A stretch of 32,000 nucleotides of DNA from Candidatus Portiera aleyrodidarum (GCF_000953295.1 NZ_LN649255.1:180001-212000), one strand, 5' to 3'; counted from the first letter of the stretch, positions 1-8,403 are shown. Notes: a model not told the origin generated them from the letters alone. Translations and numbers: made by a program.

Positions 1-481
1 TCAAAACACTATTTGTGCTGGAGGAAGATATGATTATTTAATAAAATATTTAATTGGAAAAAATATTCCTGCAATTGGTTTTGCTATAGGTATAGAAAGA
101 ATAATATTATTATTAGAAAAAATAAAAAAATTACCAATTAATATAAAATTTAAAATAAATATCTTATTTATTATAATTTCAAATGAAAAATATTTAAAAA
201 TAAACTCAATAAAAATTGCAGAAAAAATTAGAAATGAATTACCTAATTTAATTCTAAAAATTAATTTTTGTAATAAATCTTTAAAAAAACAATTATCTGA
301 GGCAAATAATAAAGGTATATATATTATATTAATTTATGGTATAAATGAACAGAAAAAAAATAAAATAACTATAAAATATTTATATAAAAGAAAAAAACAA
401 AACTTATTAAAGTTAAAAAACTTAATAAAAGAACTAAAATTAATATTTTATCATGAATCAAATTATTTCAATTATTGGTAA
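1..481 (+). CDS. hisS: histidyl-tRNA synthetase, C-terminal fragment (5' end lies outside the window)
   Basis: My translation from nt 2 gives QNTICAGGRYDYLIKYLIGKNIPAIGFAIGIERIILLLE. This is class II HisRS motif 3 (GGRYD ... GFA.G.ER). The frame stays open to TAA at 479-481 and overlaps the der start by 29 nt. Confidence 0.85.
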   Translation, partial: QNTICAGGRYDYLIKYLIGKNIPAIGFAIGIERIILLLEKIKKLPINIKFKINILFIIISNEKYLKINSIKIAEKIRNELPNLILKINFCNKSLKKQLSEANNKGIYIILIYGINEQKKNKITIKYLYKRKKQNLLKLKNLIKELKLIFYHESNYFNYW

Positions 482-1739
482 AACAAATGTAGGGAAATCT
501 ACTTTGTTTAATTGTTTAACAAAAAAAAATAATTCAAGAACAAATAATATTCCTTACTTTACTAGAGATAGAAAGTATGGAATATTAAAAATAAAAAATA
601 AAAATATAAATTTAATAGATACAGCTGCAATTTTGAATGATTTTTTTTCTTATAAAAAAAATAATATAAATTATTCTATTAATAAACAAACCAGAATAGC
701 TATTCAAGAATCAAAGATAATTTTATTTTTAATAAACTCATATACAAAAATTGATTTGTTTTATAAAAAATTTATCAATTATTTAAAACTAAAAAATAAA
801 AAAATTATATTCATTATAAATAAAATTGATTATTTTAATAAATATATTATTACTGATTTTTATAAATTTAATTTAAATCATCCTATTTTTATATCTGCTT
901 TAAAAAAAATAAATATAAAGAAATTATTATTTAATATAAAAAAAAATTTATATAACTATAGAATTTCTATAAAAAATAATAAAAATTTAATTAAGATTTG
1001 TACAATAGGAAAAACAAATGTAGGTAAATCTACATTAATTAATAGTTTATTAAAAGAAACACGTTTAATTATTGATAAAAATCCAGGGACTACAAGAGAA
1101 AATATAAAAATAAAAATAAATTATAAAAATAATTTATTTATTTTAACTGATACTGAAGGAATAGATAAGAATATAAAAAAAAATAAAATATTAAAATTAA
1201 TTAATATATATAATATTATTTTATATATTATTGATGCTAATATAGGATTAGTTGAAATAGATTTATATTTAATAAAAAAAATATTTTTATTAGGTAAATT
1301 TTTAATTTTAATTATTAATAAATGGGATCTTCTAAATATTCATAAAAAAAAATTAATAAAAAATGAATTAAATTTAAAATTAAAAAAATATAAAACTTTC
1401 TTAAGTTTACATTTTATTTCTGCTTTATATTTATATAATATAAAAACTATATTTAATTCTATTGAATATTTTATTTATTTAAAAAATAAAATTTGGTCTA
1501 TTAAAAAATTAACTAATTTAATTAATTTAGCGATAAAAAAAAAACCACCATTAATTTATAAGAATAAAAAAATTAAATTTATATTAGCTAAACAAATAAA
1601 TCAAACTCCAATAAATATTATTATTTTTGGAAACAAAAAAATTAAATGTTTATCAAAAAATTACAAAAAATATTTATTAAATTTTTTTATAAAAAAATTA
1701 AATATAAAAAATATTTTATTAAAAATAACTCTTTTATAA
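453..1739 (+). CDS. der: ribosome-associated GTPase Der/EngA (two tandem GTPase domains)
   Basis: There are two P-loops (GKTNVGKST at residues ~9 and ~186), NKID and NKWD G4 motifs, DTEG in domain 2, and a KH-like C-terminal tail. The N-terminus MNQIISIIGKTNVGKSTLFN is colinear with Der. Confidence 0.9.
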   Translation: MNQIISIIGKTNVGKSTLFNCLTKKNNSRTNNIPYFTRDRKYGILKIKNKNINLIDTAAILNDFFSYKKNNINYSINKQTRIAIQESKIILFLINSYTKIDLFYKKFINYLKLKNKKIIFIINKIDYFNKYIITDFYKFNLNHPIFISALKKINIKKLLFNIKKNLYNYRISIKNNKNLIKICTIGKTNVGKSTLINSLLKETRLIIDKNPGTTRENIKIKINYKNNLFILTDTEGIDKNIKKNKILKLINIYNIILYIIDANIGLVEIDLYLIKKIFLLGKFLILIINKWDLLNIHKKKLIKNELNLKLKKYKTFLSLHFISALYLYNIKTIFNSIEYFIYLKNKIWSIKKLTNLINLAIKKKPPLIYKNKKIKFILAKQINQTPINIIIFGNKKIKCLSKNYKKYLLNFFIKKLNIKNILLKITLL

Positions 1740-1741
1740 GA

Positions 1742-1815
1742 AACGCCCGAGAGGATTTGAACCTCCAACAGTTTGATTCGTAGTCAAAAACTCTATCCAA
1801 TTGAGTTACGGGCGC
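1742..1815 (-). tRNA. tRNA-Arg (anticodon ACG)
   Basis: The reverse complement is GCGCCCGTAACTCAATTGGATAGAGTTTTTGACTACGAATCAAACTGTTGGAGGTTCAAATCCTCTCGGGCGTT and folds as a cloverleaf. The anticodon stem is TTTGA/TCAAA with loop CTACGAA, and the T arm is GGAGG-TTCAAAT-CCTCT. It is close to E. coli tRNA-Arg(ACG). No CCA is encoded. Confidence 0.9.
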
Positions 1816-1830
1816 TTTATAAAAAAATTA

Positions 1831-1918
1831 TGGAGAGAGAGGGATTTGAACCCTCGATAGATACTTGATCTATTTTCCTTTAGCAAAGGAACGCCATAAA
1901 CCTCTCGGCCACCTCTCC
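1831..1918 (-). tRNA. tRNA-Ser (anticodon GCT), long variable arm
   Basis: The reverse complement is GGAGAGGTGGCCGAGAGGTTTATGGCGTTCCTTTGCTAAAGGAAAATAGATCAAGTATCTATCGAGGGTTCAAATCCCTCTCTCTCCA. The anticodon stem is TTCCT/AGGAA with loop TTGCTAA. It has a long extra arm and the T arm GAGGG-TTCAAAT-CCCTC. Confidence 0.9.
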
Positions 1919-1925
1919 AAATTTT

Positions 1926-3191
1926 TTATAGTTCTTCTTTTATATTTTTTTTATCTAAACAAAAAGCTGTATGTAATGAATTTATTGCTAAGTGTACAAA
2001 TTTTTCATCTATTATTACAGATATTTTTATTTCAGACGTTGAGACCATTCTAATATTTATATTTTTTTTTGCTAAAACACTAAACATTTTTTTAGCTACA
2101 CATAAATGAGATTTAATACCAACCCCAATTACTGAAATCTTAACAATTTTATCATCTCCATCTATTGTTCCATTTAGTTTATTAAAAACATAATTTTTTA
2201 TAAGATTGTAAGCTTTTTTATAAAAATTTTTTGATAAAGTAAAAGTAAAATCTATTTTATTATTTATTTTTTTTATATTTTGAATTATCATATCTATTTC
2301 TATATTAGCATCTGCTATTTTCTTTACGATTTTATAAGCTACCCCAGGTCTATCTGAAACATTTAAAACAGTTATTTTTGCTTCATTACAATTATAAGTT
2401 ATTCCTGAAATTAATGGTTTTTCCATATTAATTATTAATTTAGACCTCTTATTTATTATTAATGTACCTGGATTATTATCAAAAACAGATAAAACTCTTA
2501 GTGGTATATTATATTTACCTGCAAATTCAACAGAACGGATTTGTAATACTTTTGATCCTAAACTGGAAAGCTCTAACATTTCTTCTACATTTACATATGA
2601 TAATAAACTTGATTTTTTACATATTCTTGGATCTGTTGTATAAACTCCAGAAACATCTGTATATATTTGACATTCATCAGCTTTTATAGAATAAGCTAAT
2701 GCTACAGCAGTTGTATCTGAACCTCCTCTGCCTAACGTAGTTATATTACCATATATATCTATTCCTTGAAAACCAGCTACTACCACTACATTCTTATTTA
2801 TTAGATCTTTATTAATTATTGAAGTATCTATATGTCGAATACGAGCTTTTGTATAAACACTATCAGTAAAAATAGCTACTTGTGCTCCAGTATAAGATTT
2901 TGCTCTAACACCAATAAAATTTAAAGCCATTGATAATAAAGAACTAGTTACTTGTTCTCCAGTTGATATTAAAATATCTAACTCTCGATTTTTATAAAGT
3001 TTAGTAATATTTTTTTTATAAATTTTTTTTGCTAAAGATAATAATTTATTAGTTTCTCCACTCATTGCGGACACAACAACAATTATTTTATGATTTTTTT
3101 TATAAAAAAATTTTATTTTTTTAGCAATATATTTTATATTTTTTATTGATCCTACTGATGTTCCACCAAATTTTTGTACTAAAATTCCCAT
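1926..3191 (-). CDS. lysC: aspartokinase (monofunctional, Pseudomonas/Bacillus-type with C-terminal ACT domains)
   Basis: MGILVQKFGGTSVGS...VVVVSAMSGETNKLL is the aspartokinase signature. I prefer the ATG at 3191 because AGGA lies 5 nt upstream. The ORF track starts at a TTG at 3203, four codons earlier. Confidence 0.9.
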   Translation of the reverse strand: MGILVQKFGGTSVGSIKNIKYIAKKIKFFYKKNHKIIVVVSAMSGETNKLLSLAKKIYKKNITKLYKNRELDILISTGEQVTSSLLSMALNFIGVRAKSYTGAQVAIFTDSVYTKARIRHIDTSIINKDLINKNVVVVAGFQGIDIYGNITTLGRGGSDTTAVALAYSIKADECQIYTDVSGVYTTDPRICKKSSLLSYVNVEEMLELSSLGSKVLQIRSVEFAGKYNIPLRVLSVFDNNPGTLIINKRSKLIINMEKPLISGITYNCNEAKITVLNVSDRPGVAYKIVKKIADANIEIDMIIQNIKKINNKIDFTFTLSKNFYKKAYNLIKNYVFNKLNGTIDGDDKIVKISVIGVGIKSHLCVAKKMFSVLAKKNINIRMVSTSEIKISVIIDEKFVHLAINSLHTAFCLDKKNIKEEL

Positions 3192-3227
3192 TGTTTTCCT
3201 CAAAATAAATATATTTTTTAATATATA

Positions 3228-4694
3228 TTAATATAATTTTAATATATTTTTTAATATATTTTTTATTAGATTTAAATTTTTAACATTTTTTTTATTAGTA
3301 CTTATATATGAAAAAATATTTTTTTTACTATAAATAATATTTTTATTATTAATAAATAATTTATTTAAAATAATTTTTGAATTTAATTTTTTTTTTAAAA
3401 AATCATTCGTTAATCTAATAAATAAATTTATATTATTATTAATCTTTATATATATAATTATTATACTTTTATTAAATAACTTATTTATTAAATTATTTAT
3501 TATTAAATACAAATCGTTTTTATAATAAATTTTTATTTTTTCTATTAAAATTCTATAGTTATATAAATATAGAATTTTTTTTAATAATTTTTTTATAAAA
3601 AAATTTATATTTATATTTTTTATTTCTCTTAAATTATCAATAAGTTCATTTTTTTTATTTATTATATTTAATATATTTTTTTTTATATTGTATATATTTT
3701 GTTTAAAAATATCAGATACATTATTAATTAATAATTTATTTTTTAATAAATAACATATAGCATTTTTATCTGTTAAAGCTTCAATCCGACGTATTCCTTT
3801 AGATATACTTTTTTCTAAAATTATACAAAAAACTCCAATTTTATTAGTACTTTCAACATGTAAACCATCACAAACTTCTATAGAATAACTATTTTTTTTT
3901 CCAATAAAAACTACATTTAATTTTTCTTTTAAATATTTATTTTCAACTAATGCAACTGCTTTAATCTTATTTATTTTTTTTAATGATAATTTTTTTATAA
4001 AAATTATATTATTTTTTAATATCTCATTATTTATTAATTTTTCAATAATAAATAATTTTTCATTAGAAATATTTTTATGATAATTAAAATCAAATGTTAA
4101 ATTTTTATTATTTATTAAAGAACTTTTTTGAATCAGATTTACATTTAATACTCTTTTTAACGTTTCATTTAATAAATGTGTAGCTGAATGATTTTTTTTT
4201 ATTTTATACCGATAAAGTTTATCTATATAAATATTTACTTTATTATTAATAAATAAAATACCTTTTAATAAAACTCCTATATGTAAATATAAATTTTTAT
4301 ATTTAATAACATTTTTTACTTTAAATTTACCTAGATCATTATATATATAACCAACATCTCCAACTTGACCACAAGATTCAAAAAAAAAAGATGTTTTATT
4401 TAAAAGAATAAATCCATTATTTTTTTCATTAATAAAATTAATATTTTTTCCATTTTTATCAAAAATAAAACTTATATTAGTTTTATATTTATAAATATTA
4501 AAATTTATTAAATAATTTTTTTTATCTATATTAACAATTTTTGTATTTAATAAATATTTTTTTTTTGATTTAAATTTATAATTTATCATTTCTTTTTTAA
4601 AACCTAAGTTATCAAACTTTATATTATTTTCTGTTAAAAAATATTTGATTAAATCATAAGGTAAACCATATGTATCATATAATTTAAATATCAA
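3228..4694 (-). CDS. alaS: alanyl-tRNA synthetase, C-terminal part (rest of the tRNA-binding region, editing domain, degenerate C-Ala tail); separate frame from the N-terminal part
   Basis: It begins (L)IFKLYDTYGLPYDL, matching AlaRS FRLYDTYGFPVDL. It contains the editing-site ligand motifs HSATHLL and CDGLHV. It opens at a TTG, and the frame is open upstream only to 4715. Confidence 0.85.
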   Translation of the reverse strand: MIFKLYDTYGLPYDLIKYFLTENNIKFDNLGFKKEMINYKFKSKKKYLLNTKIVNIDKKNYLINFNIYKYKTNISFIFDKNGKNINFINEKNNGFILLNKTSFFFESCGQVGDVGYIYNDLGKFKVKNVIKYKNLYLHIGVLLKGILFINNKVNIYIDKLYRYKIKKNHSATHLLNETLKRVLNVNLIQKSSLINNKNLTFDFNYHKNISNEKLFIIEKLINNEILKNNIIFIKKLSLKKINKIKAVALVENKYLKEKLNVVFIGKKNSYSIEVCDGLHVESTNKIGVFCIILEKSISKGIRRIEALTDKNAICYLLKNKLLINNVSDIFKQNIYNIKKNILNIINKKNELIDNLREIKNININFFIKKLLKKILYLYNYRILIEKIKIYYKNDLYLIINNLINKLFNKSIIIIYIKINNNINLFIRLTNDFLKKKLNSKIILNKLFINNKNIIYSKKNIFSYISTNKKNVKNLNLIKNILKNILKLY

Positions 4695-4702
4695 ACTTCC
4701 AT

Positions 4703-5791
4703 TTATATCATACCTTTATCAAGTAATTTTATAAATTTAAGTTCTTCTTTTAAAATTATTTTTTTTATATTTTCTTTAAAAGAATGTAATTTTTTATAAA
4801 CTTTTCCATAGATTGTATCTAATATATCTATTAATTTATATAAATATGGTTTTAAAACGCCTATTTTATAACCAGAAATTAAAGATCTACGTATTAATCT
4901 ACGTAATACATAACCCTGACTCTTTTTATTTGGTAATAATCCTTCACTTATTAAAAAAGCACTTGTTCTGATATGATCTGCTATAATTTTTAAATATTCT
5001 TTTTTTAAATTTGATACATTTATTATATATTTGATTTCATTTAATAATGGTTTAAAAACATCAATTTCATAATTACAAAAAACATTTTGTTTAATACTTG
5101 CTATTCGTTCTAAACCCATACCTGTATCAACAGAAGTATTAGGTAATAAATATAAATTACCTTTTATATCTTTTTCAAATTGTATAAAAACTAAATTCCA
5201 AAGTTCTATAAAATTTTTCTTATTTAATAATGATATATTTTTCATATCAAGATTTTTATTTTTACAAAAATAAATTTCTGTACAATAACCACAAGGTCCC
5301 ATATTATTCATTTGCCAAAAGTTTTCTTTATCAAATTTAAATATTCTTTTTTTAGATATACCAATTTCATTCACCCAGATGAAATACGATTTTTTATCTT
5401 TATAATGCACTGTTACAAATAAATTTTTTTTGGAAATTTTTAATTCTTCTATAAGAAAAGTCCATGCCAATTTTATAGCATTTTGTTTAAAATAAGAACC
5501 AAAACTAAAATTTCCTAACATTTCAAAAAAAGTATTATGAAAATTAGTATATCCTACATTTTCTAAATCATTATGTTTTCCCCCTACTCTAACACAACAT
5601 TGACTAGATACAACTTGCAAATATTTTATTTTTTCTTTACCTAAAAAAATATTTTTAAATGGAACCATTCCTGAATTTGTAAATAATAATGAAGGATCTT
5701 GGTAAGGTATTATTTTACTAGATTTTAATTTTATATGTTGATGACTTTTAAAAAAATTTAAAAATAATTTTCTTATTTCTGAAGTTTTCAT
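4703..5791 (-). CDS. alaS: alanyl-tRNA synthetase, N-terminal catalytic part (362 codons, ends at an in-frame TAA)
   Basis: The sequence MKTSEIRKLFLNFFKSHQHIKLKSSKIIPYQDPSLLFTNSGMVPFK...CVRVGGKHNDLENVGYTNFHNTFFEMLGNFSFGSYFK is the AlaRS aminoacylation core. AGGT lies 7 nt upstream of the ATG. Confidence 0.9.
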   Translation of the reverse strand: MKTSEIRKLFLNFFKSHQHIKLKSSKIIPYQDPSLLFTNSGMVPFKNIFLGKEKIKYLQVVSSQCCVRVGGKHNDLENVGYTNFHNTFFEMLGNFSFGSYFKQNAIKLAWTFLIEELKISKKNLFVTVHYKDKKSYFIWVNEIGISKKRIFKFDKENFWQMNNMGPCGYCTEIYFCKNKNLDMKNISLLNKKNFIELWNLVFIQFEKDIKGNLYLLPNTSVDTGMGLERIASIKQNVFCNYEIDVFKPLLNEIKYIINVSNLKKEYLKIIADHIRTSAFLISEGLLPNKKSQGYVLRRLIRRSLISGYKIGVLKPYLYKLIDILDTIYGKVYKKLHSFKENIKKIILKEELKFIKLLDKGMI

Positions 5792-5875
5792 TTATATACC
5801 TATATAAATTTTTTATACATTTCATTAACAAAATTTTATTTATTATGCCAAACACATGAGAAGTTTATCAGTACT

Positions 5876-5912
5876 ATGTTATTATATTTATGTTATTATA
5901 TTTATGTTATTG
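5876..5912. repeat. 14-bp tandem direct repeat (ATGTTATTATATTT x2 plus a 9-nt partial copy) in the alaS/mutS divergent intergenic region
   Basis: Read directly: 5876-5889 and 5890-5903 are identical, and 5904-5912 repeats the first 7 nt and then diverges. Confidence 0.7.
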
Positions 5913-5971
5913 TAAAGAACTTATTTTGATTTTCATTATATCATATATCCTATAACTATTTAAAAAACCGT

Positions 5972-8389
5972 ATGAAAAATAATTCAAAAAATACAACACC
6001 AATAATTACACAATATTTAAAAATAAAAAATAAATATAAAGATATTTTATTATTATATCGTTTGGGTGATTTTTATGAATTTTTGTTTGATGATGCAAAA
6101 AAAGCATCTTCTTTATTAAAGATACAATTAACTAGTAGAGGAAAATATAATAATAAACCTATACCTATGGCAGGTATACCTTCTCACAGTATAGAATCTT
6201 ATTTAAAACGTCTAATAGATTCAGGAATATCTGTAGCTATTTGTGAACAAATAAAAAATAAAAAAAAAAATAATAATAATTTAATAGAACGAAAAGTAAT
6301 AAGAGTAATTACTCCAGGAACTATATATGAAGAAAATTTATTAGATGAGAATAAAGATAATTTAATTTTATCTATAATATACCAAAATAAAATCTGGGGA
6401 ATTGCCTCTTTAGAATTAACAACAGGTTATTTTGGAGTTTTAGAAGTTAATAATAAAAAAGACTTATTTTTAGAATTAGAACGTTTAGACCCTGCAGAAG
6501 TCTTAATTCCTTATTCAATGAAATTTAAAAAATTACCAATAAAAAAATCAATAATAAAATATATAAAAAATAAAAATTTTAATTATGAGAATTCCTATAA
6601 TTTAATTTTAAATAAATTAAATATTAAAAATATAAATAAGAAATTATATAATGGGATATGTGCAGCAGGGGCAATTATAAAATATATAAATAATAACAAA
6701 ATTTATAATTTATCACATATAAATAATTTATTTATTGAAAATAAAAAATATAATTTAAATATAGATAATACAACTAAAAAACATTTAGAAATTAATATAA
6801 ATGTTAATGGAAAAAAAGATAACACATTGTTTAGTATTTTAAATACTACAAATACAAATATGGGCAGCAGATTATTAAAAAAATGGATAAATAACCCATT
6901 TTTAAATTATCAACTAATCGAATTGAGACAAAACGCTATTTCAAAAATTATAAATTATGATTTAATATATTTTTTAAAAAAAAATATAAAAAAAATTGGT
7001 GATATCGAACGTATTATTACTAGAATAGCTTTAAAAAAAGCTAAGCCAATAGATTTAATAAAATTAAGAAATGCATTAAAAGTTTTTCCTAACATAAAAA
7101 GTTTATTAAATATTATTTTAAATAAAGAAAAAAAAATAAAATCTATACTTAATAATATTAATATATATTTAATTACTTATCCAAATATTGAATTAATTTT
7201 AATAAATTCAATAAATGATAACCCACCTAATAATATTAAAGATGGTTATGTAATAAAATCAAATTTTAATAACAAATTAGATAATTTACGTGAAAATTAT
7301 AATAACTCAGAAAATTATATAAGAACTTTTGAAAAGAAAGAAAAAATTCGTACAAAAATAAATCAACTAAAAATTAATTATAATAATATTAATGGATATT
7401 TTATAGAAATACCTAAAAAGAAAATTAAAAAATATAAAATACCAAAAGAATATATAAAAAGTAAATCATTAAAAAATTCAGAAAGATTTTATTCTAAAGA
7501 ATTAAAACTTTTAGAAAAAAAATTATTAGAATATAAAGAAAATTTAATTTTATATGAAAGAAAAATTTATAAAAAAATAATAAATATAATTATAAACAAT
7601 ATAAAAAAATTATTAAAAACATCTAAAGCTCTTGCTGCTTTAGATGTTATTACAACTTTATCTGAAAGAGCTGTATCATTAAATTTTTGTAGACCAATAA
7701 TTAATAAAAATAAAATTGGAATAAAAATAATTGAAGGGAGACATCCTATAATAGAATTAGTAACTAATAATCAGTTCATACCTAATAATTTATCATTAAC
7801 TAATAATAATAATATCAAAATTATTACAGGGCCAAATATGGGAGGAAAATCTACTTATATAAGACAAAATGCAATAATTGTTTTATTAACTTATATCGGG
7901 AGTTATGTACCTGCTAAATATGCAGAAATAGGTCCAATTGATAAAATTTTTACTAGAATAGGATCATATGATGATTTAAGTTCAGGAAATTCTACGTTTA
8001 TGATAGAAATGAAAGAAACAGCAAATATACTAAATAATGCAACATTCAAAAGTTTAATTTTAATGGATGAAATAGGTAGAGGAACAAACCCTAATGAAGG
8101 CTTCGCCATAGCTTGGGCTTGTTTAGAACAAATAATAAAAATTAAAGCGTTAACTTTATTTTCTACTCATTTTTTTACTTTAACTAAAATAGAAAAAAAA
8201 TTTAAACAAATAAAAAATATACATTTTAATGCAATAGAAAATAATAATCAACTTATTTATATGTATAATATTAATAAAGGAGCTATTAATAATAGTTATA
8301 GTTTAACTGTAGCAAAGTTAGCTAATGTACCAAAAAATGTTATTGAAAAATCTACAAAAATTATTTATTTACTAAATAATAATAAATAA
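5972..8389 (+). CDS. mutS: DNA mismatch repair protein MutS
   Basis: TPIITQYLKIKNKYKDILLLYRLGDFYEFLFDDAKKAS contains the mismatch-binding GDFYE motif. It also has the Walker A GPNMGGKSTYIRQ, and DEIGRGT. At 805 aa it is colinear with E. coli MutS. Confidence 0.93.
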   Translation: MKNNSKNTTPIITQYLKIKNKYKDILLLYRLGDFYEFLFDDAKKASSLLKIQLTSRGKYNNKPIPMAGIPSHSIESYLKRLIDSGISVAICEQIKNKKKNNNNLIERKVIRVITPGTIYEENLLDENKDNLILSIIYQNKIWGIASLELTTGYFGVLEVNNKKDLFLELERLDPAEVLIPYSMKFKKLPIKKSIIKYIKNKNFNYENSYNLILNKLNIKNINKKLYNGICAAGAIIKYINNNKIYNLSHINNLFIENKKYNLNIDNTTKKHLEININVNGKKDNTLFSILNTTNTNMGSRLLKKWINNPFLNYQLIELRQNAISKIINYDLIYFLKKNIKKIGDIERIITRIALKKAKPIDLIKLRNALKVFPNIKSLLNIILNKEKKIKSILNNINIYLITYPNIELILINSINDNPPNNIKDGYVIKSNFNNKLDNLRENYNNSENYIRTFEKKEKIRTKINQLKINYNNINGYFIEIPKKKIKKYKIPKEYIKSKSLKNSERFYSKELKLLEKKLLEYKENLILYERKIYKKIINIIINNIKKLLKTSKALAALDVITTLSERAVSLNFCRPIINKNKIGIKIIEGRHPIIELVTNNQFIPNNLSLTNNNNIKIITGPNMGGKSTYIRQNAIIVLLTYIGSYVPAKYAEIGPIDKIFTRIGSYDDLSSGNSTFMIEMKETANILNNATFKSLILMDEIGRGTNPNEGFAIAWACLEQIIKIKALTLFSTHFFTLTKIEKKFKQIKNIHFNAIENNNQLIYMYNINKGAINNSYSLTVAKLANVPKNVIEKSTKIIYLLNNNK

Positions 8390-8403
8390 TTTTTTTAACC
8401 ATA

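Noticed and set aside
1865-2689. Plus-strand ORFs 1865..2053 and 2462..2689
   Set aside because: The first overlaps tRNA-Ser(GCT) and the 3' end of lysC, and the second is antisense inside lysC. Both have hydrophobic low-complexity translations.
3192-3203. The TTG start for lysC given by the ORF track (MRKT extension), and likewise the TTG at 24794 for the sugar symporter
   Set aside because: In both cases an in-frame ATG a few codons downstream is preceded by a Shine-Dalgarno-like AGGA or GGAG at proper spacing. The ATG starts also match homologue N-termini better. The TTG starts remain possible.
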